Source: the human T2T-CHM13v2.0 reference genome, Homo sapiens
Length of the DNA: 64,000 nucleotides
Direction: 5' to 3' (one strand)
Assembly: GCF_009914755.1 (NCBI RefSeq)
Contig: NC_060945.1
Numbering within the stretch: position 1 is the stretch's first letter; every line of letters begins with the position of its first letter. The position numbers and the translations under genes are program-made. Below the pieces are notes generated by a model. The model saw nothing but the letters and a program-made list of their open reading frames with translations, was not told the DNA's origin and made no database searches. This document shows, piece after piece, positions 1 through 11,582 of the stretch.

Positions 1-504
1 TCTTGTTGGATCAGTGCTTCCAAGCCCTCCTATTCTTTTTATTTCACTATTTCCACCTTTAATATATGGCAGGAGTAATAATTGAGCAATCTTGTCTCTT
101 GGACTGGCACTTCAAGGAATTGAAGAGCTAATAACTAACTGAATTTCGCCTTTATAGTCTGAATCAACTACACCAGTATGAATTTGAACTCCTTTTAGAT
201 TTAGACTTGATCTTCCTAAGATTAGTCCTACAGTCCTCTCAGGCAGTGGGCCATATACCTTTGTGGGGATTTTTTGTGGGGGCTCCTTTGGAAGCAGAGA
301 GACTGCTTGTATAGTACATAAATCTACTGCTACACTGCTGCTTGTGGCGGGGGACAATTGTTGTATTGTGGTAACTGGCTTATTCCTTGAAACACTTGGG
401 ACAGTGGGGGTTGTTGTCTTTGAAAACCTTGAGGAACAAATGGCTGAATTGGGAATGCCTTAGTTTGTTGTGGGGCCTGAGGCTGGCCTCTTTGCTTGTT
501 TCCT
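1..504 (-). pseudogene. pro: HML-2 pro (N-terminal dUTPase-like domain), disrupted; partial
   Basis: ORF 112..357 has dUTPase motifs (AVDL, GRSS, GVVDSDYKGE). It stops at TGA at 112-114 where Trp is expected, then continues IAQLLLLPYIKGGNSEIKRIGGLGST to the window edge. Confidence 0.93.
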
Positions 505-2308
505 GACAATGCTTGCCTATTTTTATCAAATTTAGAATGACATTGACTAGCCTAATGTTTTCTTTTTTTACATCTTGGACATAAGTCAGGTGGTTCTCTA
601 CTTGTTGTGGTAGTAGCTTGAATAGTTATATTCTGTTTATTTAAGACTGGGCAATTCTTTTTTAAGTGACTAATTTGACTACAATTATAACATTTTCTTC
701 CAAATGTTCTAACTTGTCCTCCTAAAACAACTCCTGTTATTGCTTGAGCCATAAGCATAGCTTTATGCATAGCTCCTCCGATTCCATCACAGGCTTTTAC
801 ATATTCTGAGATTACATCTGATCCTGCAGGAACTTTTCCTTTTAATGGCTTAATGGCTGATTGACACTCAGGATTGGCGTTTTCATATGCCATCAACTTC
901 ACTATGACCTTACGGGCTTTTTCATCGGCAATTGACTTTTGAGCAACATCTTGGAGCCTTGCTACAAAATCAGGGTAGGGCTCTTTCGAACCTTGTCTTA
1001 CTGTATTAAATGAGGGGCAGGCGCTTCCTAGGTCTTGGATTTTTTCTTAGGCTCTAAGGCAGATAGTTCTAACTTGCTCAATGGCCTCATTTTGCATTAA
1101 TGCTTGTTGACTAATAGTACTCTAATTTTGACCTGTTCTTAATAGTTGATCTGCATCTATGTTAACTGGAGGATTGGCAGCCTTATTTCTTCGGACCCGT
1201 TCTTGTACCTCATCAATCTACTAAGTCTTAAATTGTAAAAATTGAGAGGGTGAGAGAGACGATTTTGCCAGAATCTCCTAATCATAAGGAATGAGTCTAT
1301 GTCCATGAGCAATGGAATCTAATAATGTCCTCATATAAGGGGAGTTGGGTCCATACTGTTTTACTCCTTCTTTCATATCTTTTAGCATTTTTATCGAAAA
1401 AGACTTGTATCTGGCCTCAACTGTGAGAGGCTCTCCCTCTTGGGCTCCTTCTCCAGGTGGCATCGGTTCTAACATTACTGGGAATTGCCATGCCTCAGTA
1501 TCTCCTTCCTTTCTTGATTTATCAATAATTTCATGTAATTCACTACCTTGTCTACTAGGTGGTGCCGTAGGATTAAGTCTCCTAGTGGGCGGCTGAGGGT
1601 ATGGCGCCCTGCCCTGTGGTGCTGGGGGCATTCTTGGATATCCATACTGACTTTCTGGGGGTGGCCGATACTGAAGTTCAGCCGGCGGCTAGTATTGATA
1701 AGCTACTGGCGGTTGGGTCTTATTTTCTTTAACCTGCGTTTGAGGTTGTAATGTTACAGGCACCTGACTTGCTGGAAGAGGACTTGGCCTTCGTGGTTTA
1801 GACTCTGGTGGCCTCACTAATTCGGGACCTTTTCCTTCTAATTTTAACGTTTCAGGATATATCACCTCCTGTAATTGATTATAGTCAACATTTTGCGTTG
1901 ACTGAGCCATTACTGGCTCTGCTACATATTCGCAATGTAAACTTCCCGTTTCTTTCTGGGATTTTTTCTTTGTCTTTTCATTACAATCTATTAAACAGCT
2001 TCTAGGGGCATCAGAAACTGAAACGCTATCTTCTTCTGTTTGAAATGGTTCTAAAGCTGCTTTAATAATGGCCTAATCATTCCATACTGTAAGTGGAATG
2101 ATATTACTTTTCCTACCTGCTTGTTTTAGTTCCTTACTAATTCTTTTTTAATCTTTTAGATCTAAAGTTCCTTGTTCTGGAAACTATGGGCAAAATTGTT
2201 CTATTATTTGAAATAGCTTGATTAGATTTTTTGTAGATACTTTAACTCCCCCTCTTTTTAAAAGAATTTTAATAAAGCTGAGATAAGAGGCATATTTACT
2301 TCTAATTT
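324..2308 (-). pseudogene. gag: HML-2 gag, 5'-deleted (no ATG), multiple premature stops
   Basis: One reading frame broken by stops at Trp positions (2184, 2148, 2073, 1689, 1278, 1221, 1218, 1122, 1047, 552). ORFs 1689..1910, 1278..1631 and 552..902 are pieces of it. Natural stop at 324-326. Confidence 0.96.
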
Positions 2309-2476
2309 TAGGGGTGGGTTGCCCCTCCACAACTGTGGGTGTTTCTCGTAAGGTGGAACGAGAGACTTAGGAAAGAAAAAGACACAGAGACAAAATATAG
2401 AGAAAGAAATAAGGGGACCCGGGGAACCAGCGTTCAGCATATGGAGGATCCCCCCAGCCTCTGAGTTCCCTTAGTA

Positions 2477-2482
2477 TTTATT
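2477..2482 (-). promoter_or_regulatory. LTR AATAAA element
   Basis: Plus-strand tttatt reads AATAAA on the minus strand, in the context ATCAATAAATACT typical of LTR5. Confidence 0.65.
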
Positions 2483-2576
2483 GATCATTTGTGGGTGTTT
2501 CTCGAAGAGGGGGATGTGTCAGGGTCACAAGACAATTGTGGGGAGAGGGTCAGCAGACAAACACGTGAACAAAGGT

Positions 2577-2584
2577 CTTTGCAT
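2577..2584 (-). promoter_or_regulatory. OCT4 (octamer-like) motif of LTR5_Hs
   Basis: ATGCAAAG on the minus strand at LTR position ~691-698, where the LTR5_Hs OCT4 site is reported (from memory). Confidence 0.7.
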
Positions 2585-2737
2585 CATAGACAATGTAAAG
2601 GATTAAGTGCTGTGCTTTTAGATATGCATACACATAAACATCTCAATGCTTTACAAAGCAGTATTGCTGCCCGCAGGTCCCACCTCCAGCCCTAAGGCGG
2701 TTTTTCCCTATCTCAGTAGACGGAGCATACAATTGGG

Positions 2738-2744
2738 TTTTATA
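2738..2744 (-). promoter_or_regulatory. TATA-like box in LTR U3
   Basis: TATAAAA on the minus strand within GGTATAAAACCC. Confidence 0.55.
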
Positions 2745-3440
2745 CCGAGACATTGCATTGCCCAGGGACAGGCAGGAGACAGATGCCTTCCTCTTGTCTC
2801 AACTGCAAGAGGCATTCCTTCCTCTTATACTAATCCTCCTCAGCACAGACCCTTTACGGGTGTTGGGCTGGGGGACGGTCAGGTCTTTCCCTTCCCACGA
2901 GGCCATATTTCAGACTATCACATGGGGAGAAACCTTGGACAATACCTGGCTTTCCTAGGCAGAGGTCCCTGCGGCCTTCCGCAGTGTTTGTGTCCCTGGG
3001 CACTTGAGATTAGGGAGTGGTGATGACTCTTAAGGAGCATGCTGCCTTCAAGCATCTGTTTAACAAAGCACATCTTGCACCGCCCTTAATCCATTCAACT
3101 CTGAGTTGACACAGCACATGTTTCAGAGAGCACGGGGTTGGGGGTAAGGTCATAGATTAACAGAATCTCAAGGCAGAAGAATTTCTCCTAGTACATAACA
3201 AAATGGAGTCTCCTATGTCTACTTCTTTCTACACAGACACAGTAACAATCTGATCTCTCTTGCTTTTCCCCACACCTGGCAATAAATAACACTCATTTTA
3301 TAGTATGTTGTTATTAAAGACATTTTACTGAACATGAATTCTTTGCAAGATAATGTTATAATAAGTTAATATTTAATTTTTTTAAATTGGACATTTTATT
3401 TTTTAAAAAGACCATGAAAAGTCGTGCTTTTCCACTTACA

Positions 3441-3582
3441 GGCTGCATGACTTGGGCAAATAATTCAGCTGCTATGATTCTCAGATGTATTCTTTTTACA
3501 TAATACATATGAGATTTAAAATAAAATATATATCTGAAATACTTAGCAAAGTGCTTGGCATATATTATGCTGTAAATAAGTA
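3441..3582 (+). mobile_element. MIR fragment
   Basis: ggctgcatgacttgggcaaata...cttagcaaagtgcttggcatat resembles the MIR core and 3' end. Confidence 0.55.
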
Positions 3583-3606
3583 TTATCTTTTTTGTTGTCT
3601 ATTTCC

Positions 3607-4200
3607 CTCTATCAGTCAGAGTCAATTCAGAAAACAAAATCACATCAGTTACTTTACCAATAGAATTTAATGTAAACAATTGTTAACCATGTACAAATTT
3701 GTTAATTAGCTTATAAGAAAGTCCAGACTAAAACTATAGGGTATCATGGAGGCAACAATTGAAATAATCTACCATTGTTCCCTATGGCTAGAAGAACAAA
3801 AGGAAGATGTTAGAATTACTGAAATTTAGAAGCATGGAGGAGGGGCCCGAGAAAATGAAACACAAACCTTGGAGAAGAGGGTGCTGGTGTGAGTGGTGAT
3901 GAGGCTGGTAAGGCTGGTATAGTAAATGTTGGAAAAACTGCAACCTGGATTTAGTTGCAACCGCAGGGAGGAACTGCTGCTGCCAGGGTGAAGAAACACT
4001 GCTATAGTGGAAGCTGCGGGAGCGAGAGAATGTAAGCAAGCCTAGAGGAAGAAAACAGGAAGGAGGAAGTCACTTCCTCCCCCAGCCTCAGTCTCTCAGT
4101 ACCACTTTATCCTGGCAGAGTAGAAAGTGGTTTTTCAGATGCTAGTCCTAGCATCACAAAGCAAAGGTGAAGTTAGAGTGGAGAGAGAATAGCTTCATAA
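3607..4200. mobile_element. Old ERVL-type LTR (family uncertain)
   Basis: Begins t.tatcagtcagagtcaattcagaaaacaaaatcaca, resembling old ERVL LTR termini. Confidence 0.35.
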
Positions 4201-4292
4201 ATAGCCTACTTTTTCACTCCTCTAACTCCATTCATTTTTACCTCTAATTTTTCCTTCTTACTTTCTATCATTTCTTTTTTCTTCTTTTTGAG

Positions 4293-4581
4293 GTTTTTTT
4301 TTTTCTTAGACGGAATCTTGCTCTGTCGCCCAGGCTGGAGTGCAATGGCGCAGTCTAGGCTCACTGCTACCTCTTCCTACTGGGTTCAAGTGATTCTCCT
4401 GCCTCAGCCTCCTGAGTAGCTGGGACTACAGGTACGTGCCACCGCACCTGGCTAATTATTTTTAGTAGAGATGGGGTTTCACCGTGTTGGCCAGGCTGGT
4501 CCCAAGCTCCTGACTTCATGATCTGCCCGCCTCGGCCTCCCAAAGTGCTGGGATTACAGGCATGAGCCACCACACCCAGCC
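4293..4581 (-). mobile_element. Alu (AluS, Sg/Sc-like), full length
   Basis: Poly-T followed by the dimeric Alu antisense, ending cacacccagcc; tctttttg occurs on both flanks. Confidence 0.95.
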
Positions 4582-5800
4582 CTCTTTTTGCCTTTCTTTA
4601 TTTTCCTCCTGGCTGGCCTTCCATCCTTCCTTCCTTCCTTTTTTGGCGGACAACAATTCTATGGGCTTGAAAAGACATGTTTTTAAATGTAAGCTATTGT
4701 CTTTTATGTAATAAACAGATATCGAAAATTATACATCAGTTCAGGGAATCTATATAATCATTTAAAAAAATCTATGGTGCCAGGCACTTTACATCATCTT
4801 AATTCAAATTATTAAATTTTCACAATCACAGGGATAATAGCAGACCTAAGATTTGAACCCAACATTTTCAGCCTCCAATTATGATGTTTAATTTTTTTTT
4901 CTATATCACAGATTCCAGTTCATTTGGATAAGTAGAGATGAATAATTCAGTCATCACTGTCATTTGAACTAGGTAGGCCTCAAAAGAATATGAAAATTTT
5001 GATACATTGAGAAAGTATATGATACATTATGACCACTGAAAAATTTATAAGCGAATTTGGGATAAGGCAAGACATTCTCCATAAACAATATTCAATAAAT
5101 CTAATAAACTAAAAAGTTGTAAAATTTCCAATATAAATTTATGTAATTTGGGAGGAATAAATGTTTCTTTTTCTTATTATATATGTACTAAAACTTTTAA
5201 GAGAAAATATTTGAAAGTATCATCTTTTACATACAAAAATACAGTTTGGAAGTTAATTAATTGTACTGGGCAATAAAAAAAAATTAAGGTAACTTTCTTA
5301 AAAAGTCCACTAACTGTTATGCTGATGGCAATTTCAAAAGCACATCTTATTATCTAATACGAGAAGATTAATACCAACTAATGTATTTCCTGGTAAAGAT
5401 ATAACATGAATTTAGACCTATAAAGATAAAATTATAACTAATCACCAGAGATGAAAAATAATCTTACTTTTTTTTGAAATTACATTTGAAAATTTTAGAA
5501 AAATATATGTATTAAAACAAGTTTACTCTGTATGTAACTAAATCATCTAAAATATGCAAACATATTTAAAATGATTAAAGCTGCATTTTGATGATAATTT
5601 ACAACTATATGTATAACTACACAGAAGTCTTCAAATGAAAGTTAAAATATCCAAAAACTCATGTTTCATTCTATATTTACCTGTCACTAGGGAACCATGA
5701 TCTTCAGTTGGACTGTTTTTATTTGAGATTAGAGGAGGTTTAGAAAATTAGGAAAATTATAGGTTCCAAATAGAATATACAAATATAGTTGCCAAAGTAC

Positions 5801-5950
5801 AGAGATAGAGAGAGGAGAGAGAGAATGACAGAAAGAGAGAGAGAGAGAGAAGCAGGAAGAGAAGGAGGATGGGAATGGGAAGGAGGAGGAGGAGAAGGAG
5901 AAAGGGGAGGAGGAAGTTGGTGGAAGGGGAAGGGGAGGGGAGACAGAAAT
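5801..5950 (+). repeat. GA-rich low-complexity / (GA)n-(GGA)n tract
   Basis: Almost pure purine run: agagatagagagaggagaga...ggaggaggaggagaagg. Confidence 0.9.
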
Positions 5951-6802
5951 AAGAAAATCACCTTGATTGTGCTGGATATAGGCAGAAAGGAATATGTCAT
6001 AAGCATACAAATCTAACCCCTTAGTCTAATTTTTACATTTTAATTATAAATTCCACTTCTACATTTTCTTGTTAACAATTTCCAATAGACAATAAATTTG
6101 AATTGTTAGAATTAGGTGTTTCAAATCCAGTTCATTGTCTAATAGAGATTATGTTCAAGTTACTAATGGAAAAAATTATACCTTAATAGACCTCAAGTGT
6201 ATTATGGACTCAGGTAATTACTACCAAAAACTAAGGTTCTAATGGGCTACTCATCCTTTTTTTAAATTTTTATTTCCATAATTTTGGGGATACAGGTAGT
6301 TTTTTGTTACATGGATAAGTTCATTAGTGTTGATTACTGAGATTTTGGTGCACCTGCGATTTTGCTGCACCTGTCACTGGAGTAGTGTACACTATACCTA
6401 GTATGTCATCTTTTATTCCTTACTCCCCTTTCACTCTTCTGTCCTGAGTTCCCAAAATTCATTATATCGTTCTTATGCTTTTGCATCCTCATAACTTAGC
6501 TCCTACTTATAAGTCAGAACATACAGTATTTGGTTTTCCATTCCTGAGTTACTTTACTTAGAATAATGGCTTCCTGCTTCATCCAAGTTGCTGCAAAAGA
6601 CACTATTTCATTCCTTTTTATGACAGAGTAGTATTCCATAAGGTGAATATACCACATTTTTTTACCCACTCATTGGTTGATAGGCACTTAGATTGATTCC
6701 ACGTCTTTGCAATTGTGAATTGTGCTGCTATCAACATGTGTGTGCATGTGTATTTTTCATGTAATGAATTCTTTTTCTTTGGGTAGATACTCAGTAGTGA
6801 GA

Positions 6803-6932
6803 AAAAAATCAACAAAGTAAACAGATAACCCACAGATCGGGAGAAAATATTTGCAAACTATGCATCCAACAAAGGGCTAATAGCCAGAATCTACAAGCGA
6901 CTCAAACAAATCAGCAAGAAAAAAATTAAATA
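6803..6932 (+). mobile_element. Inverted 130-bp L1 ORF2 segment inside the L1PB
   Basis: The plus strand reads INKVNR*PTDREKIFANYASNKGLIARIYKRLKQISKKK, homologous to the ORF2 peptide of ORF 32889..33146. Confidence 0.9.
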
Positions 6933-8793
6933 GGATGTTGGCTGTGGGTTTGTCATACATGGCTTCGAGGTTTATTTTATTACTTTCAGGTAAATTCCTT
7001 CTGTTCCTATTTTGTTGAGGGTTTTTATCATAAAATGATGCTGGATTTTATCTAATGCCTTTGTTGTGTTTATTGAGATAATCATATGGTTTTTGTTTCT
7101 GTTTATGTGATGTTTTACATTTATTGACTTGCATATGTTAAACCATCCCTGCATCCCAGATCTGAAACCCACTTGATCATGTTGTGTTATCTTTTAGATA
7201 CACTGTTGGATTCGGTTAGCTAGTATTTCGTTGAGGACTTTTGCATCTGTGTTCATCAAGCATATTGCTCTGTAGTTTTCTTTTCTCTATTATGTCCTTT
7301 CCCGGTTTTCTATCATGGTGGTACTGGCTTTAACAAATGATTTAGGGAGAATTTTCTCTTTCTCTTTTTTTTGTTTTGTTTTGTTTTTGTTTTTCTTTTA
7401 ATAGTTTCTGTAGAATTCGTACCAATTCTTCTTTGAATGTCTGGTATAATTCAGCTGTGAATCCACCTGGTTCTGGACATTTATTTTTGTTGGGAATTTT
7501 TTAAATTACTGATTCAATCTCACTGTTTGTTACTGGTTTGTTCGAGATTTCTATTTCTTCTTGATTTAATCTAAGAGGGTTGTATACGGCCAGAAATTTA
7601 TCCAATTCCTTTAGATTTTCTAGTTTGTGTATGTAAAGATTTTCATAGTAGCACTGAATGATCTTTTGTATTTTTGTGGCATTGTAACATCTCCATTTTC
7701 GTTTAACATTGAGCTTTTTAAATCTTCTCTCTTCTTTACATGGTTAATCTCACTATTAGTCTATCAATTTTGTTTATCTTATCAAAGAACCACCTTTTGT
7801 TTCATTTAGCTTTTGTATATATTTTTTTCAATTTCATTTAGTTCTGCTCTGATCTCTGTCATTTCTTTTCTTCTGCTGGTTTGGGTTTCGGTTTGTTCTT
7901 GTTTCTCCAGTTCCCTGAGGTGTGACATTAGGTTGTCTATTTGTGCTCTTTCAGACTTTTCGATGTAGGAATCTAATGCTATGAACTTTCCTCTTAGCAT
8001 CACTTTTGCTGTATGCTAGAGGTTTTGATGAGTTTTGTCATTAATATCATTCAATTCAAATAATTTTTTAAAATTTCCATCCTGATTTCATTGTTAATCC
8101 CAAAATTTTTCAAGAGCCGACTATTTAATTTCCATGTATTTGTATAATTTTGAAGATTCCTTTTGGTGTTAATTTCCAGTTTTATTCCACTGTAGTCTGA
8201 GAAGATACTTGATATGATTTTGATTTTCATAAATTTATTGAGATTTGTTTTGTGGCCTGGCATCTAGTAGAGCTTGGAGAATGTTCCATGCACTGATGAG
8301 AAGAATGTCTCCTCTGCAGTTGTTGTGAAGAACGTTTGGTAAATATCTGTTAAGTTCATTTGTCCAGGGTATAGTTTAAGTTCACTGTTTCTTTGTTGAT
8401 TTTGTGTCTTGATGATCTGTCTAGTGCTGTTAGCAGAGTATTGAAGTCCCCCATTATTATTGTGTTGCTATCTGTCTCATTTCTTAGGTCTAATAGTAAT
8501 TGTTTATATATTTGGCAGCTCCTGTATTAGGTGCACATAAATTTAGGATTATAATATCTTCTTGTTGTGCTAATCCTTTTATCATGATTTGATGCCCTTC
8601 TTTGTCTTTTTTGTTTTAACTATTGTTGCTTTATAGTCTGTTTTGTTTGATATATGAATAGCTACTCCTTCTCGCTTTTGGTTTTCACTTGTGTAAAATA
8701 TATTTTTCTACCCCTTAGACTTAAGTTTATGTGAGTCCTTATGTGTTAGGTGAGTCTCTTGAAGACAGCAGATATTTTGTTGTCAGTTTTTAA

Positions 8794-9113
<320 letters not shown>

Positions 9114-11582
9114 AATTCTGTATCTTTTTAGTGCAGCATTTAGGCTGCTTACATTCAATGTTAATATTGAGATGTGAGATATTGTTCTATTCATCATGTT
9201 AGTTGTTGCCTAGATACTTTCTTTTTATCATTCTGTTACTGTTTTATAGGTCTTGTGAGTTTTATGCTTTAAGGAGATTCTATTTTGGCATGTACCGAGC
9301 TTTTGTTTCAAGATTTAGAACTCCTTTTAACATTTCTTATAGTTCTGGTTTGGTAGTGGAAAATTCCCTTAGCATTTGATTCTCTGAAAACACAAGCAAA
9401 ACCAAGTTTGTCATTCATTTATGAAGCTTGGTTTTTCTAGATATAAAATTACTGACTGACAGTTATTTTGTTTGTGGTGGCTAAAGATAGGACCCCAATT
9501 CCTTCTGGCTTGTAAGGTTTCTGCTAATAAATCTGTTGTTAGTCTGATAGGTTTTCCTTTATAGGTTACCTGATGCTTTTGTCTCACAGCTCTGAAGATT
9601 CTTTACTTCATCTTGACTTCAGATAGCTTGACGACTATGTGCCTTGGTGATAATCTCTTTGCAATGAATTTCCCAGGAGTTCTTTGTGCTTCTGGTATTT
9701 GGATGTCTAGATCTCTAGCAAGGCCAAGGAAGTTTTTCTCCATTATTCCCTCAAATTGGTTTTCCAAATTTTCAGACTTCACTTCTCTCTCAGGAACACC
9801 AATTATTTTTAGGTTTGGCTGTTTTATGTATTCCTTTATTTCTTGGAGACTTTGTTTATTTTATTATTTCTTTTTTCTTTGCCTTTGACTGATTGGGTTA
9901 ATAAAAGCCTTGTGTTTAAGTTCTGAAATACTTTCTTCTACTTGTTCTAGTCTATTGTTGAAATTTTCCACTGCATTTTGTTTTTTCTTAAGTGTGTATT
10001 TCATTTCCAGAAATTCCTATTACTTTTTTCTTTATGATATCTATTTCTCTGGAGAAAAATTTATTCATATCCTGAATTTTTTTCTTAATTTCTTTAAGTT
10101 GCTTTTCACTTTTCTACAGTATCTCCTTGAGTAGCTTAATAATTAACTTTCTGAATTCTTTGGCATTTCAGAGATTTCTTCTTGATTTGAATCCATTGCT
10201 GGGGGGCTAGTGTGATCTTTTGGAGGTGTTATAGAGCTCTGTTTTGTCATATTACCAGACTTAACATTCTGGTTCTTTCTTATTTGGGTAGACTATTTCT
10301 TCACATTGTTCTTGAATTTATTTTTGATTGGACTTTTTTTTATTGCTTTTTTTCCCCTCTGAAGGATCTGACTTTAGTGTTTGTAGTTTATTTTAGCCTA
10401 ATTTGATTCTTGGTGCTTTTAGGGTTGAAGACTCAGTATGAGTTCCTTAGTTATAGAGCATCTTTGTACACTGGGTTTCCCAGATCCTAGTTGTAGTAGT
10501 TGTATACTTGGTGTGTGAGAAGGTTCACTGTATCCTATGGGATTGGAATCACAGGGATCTCTTGAAGCTTATCTTGTTCTCTTGTGGTGTACACTTTATT
10601 TATTTATTTATTTTATTTTTCCCAAGTAGTTTATTTACTCAGTTGATGATTCAGGCTCCAAGCCAATAGGGGAGGTATTTCTGGGTAGGCATCAGTTGTA
10701 GCTAAAGCAGGTGGGTAAATGTAATAACCAATGTTGGGCAGAGGTCTTAGCCTTGATGAAGGTGACTCCTGGAGCTCTTAATTAGATGGCTTTATCAGGG
10801 TGAAGGATGGGAGCTACGTCAGCTCCCATGCCAGACCAGCAGGAAAGCTATCCACCTCACAGCCTCACTCTTGTCCCAGTAGTCTGACTATTCAGATCAC
10901 ACAGGAACTTCTTTTCATCTGTAGGAATGTGAATGTTCCAAATAGGGAGGAATTGTTACTCTCAATTTTGATATTGCCTTCCTTTCTGGATATGGAATGT
11001 ATCTACGCATATGAAAGCTTCAAATGTTTTTAATTTATGATTATCATATTGTTACTAAATGACCATAGAACAGTAAATTGCACAATTAAAATGAATTTTA
11101 GCCAGTTTGTGTGACAAAGAAGGAGGAGGTAATAAAGAATCAAGTGAAATGCGTTCAAAACTGTTTTACCTCTCTGCACCAAAGCATTGACCTAGAATCA
11201 CATTCTAAAGAAGATCTTTCTAATCAACTTCTCTAGAAATAAACAAAAACAACTTCATTGAATTCTCAACACAAGAATCCCTGCCTCACAAGGGAACCTG
11301 TACCAATTGCAGCATGTCTGAACTCAGTGATAGAGTGGGATGTTTGGCTAGCACCAATGTGGAGTTACAGAATTCTCCTGCCCATTTTCTTTCTTAGTAC
11401 TCCTCTCTCTACACTGAGATCCATAAACTTCTGTTCTGGATGTCCCAGCTTGGTTTACTATTCTCTTTATCAAACTTTATTACCATTTTATAAATTCTTC
11501 AGTCACCATTACAATAATATCATATACTTTATTTGCCAAGGGACATATAAACCATGCATGCATGTCAGGTTTACTCTTGATA

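Larger units (their letters stand above)
1..3274 (-). mobile_element. HERV-K(HML-2) provirus, 5' portion (5' LTR, gag, start of pro); continues beyond the window start
   Basis: The minus strand begins TGTGGGGAAAAGCAAGAGAGATCAG at 3274, the HML-2 LTR start. ORF fragments match HML-2 Gag (MAQSTQNVDYNQLQEVIYPE, KQYGPNSPYMRTLLDS, CCHC knuckles) and Pro/dUTPase (GLILGRSSLNLKGVQIHTGVVDSDYKGEI). Confidence 0.98.
2309..3274 (-). mobile_element. LTR5_Hs (5' LTR of the provirus), 966 bp, terminal CA missing
   Basis: Runs from TGTGGGGAAAAG to ...GGGGCAACCCACCCCTA on the minus strand; the length equals the canonical 968 bp minus the final CA. Confidence 0.95.

Noticed and set aside
1285-1685. Apparent editing-free patch in gag (Trp and several Gly preserved), suggesting recombination or gene conversion
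   Set aside because: GG>AG changes against the recalled consensus still occur here (GGA>AGA near 1634, silent changes near 1549 and 1368); patchiness cannot be supported without an alignment.
2258-2440. Novel LTR-gag fusion ORF (60 aa)
   Set aside because: Short, starts at a non-ATG codon and is out of frame with gag; a by-product of the deletion.
3275-3280. Provirus target-site duplication (cctggc)
   Set aside because: The other end of the provirus is outside the window, so it cannot be confirmed.
5729-6016. Ser/Pro-rich and Glu/Arg/Gly-rich ORFs
   Set aside because: Translations of the GA-rich low-complexity tract.
6341-6374. 17-bp tandem duplication in the L1PB 3'UTR
   Set aside because: Ordinary slippage duplication with no further implication.
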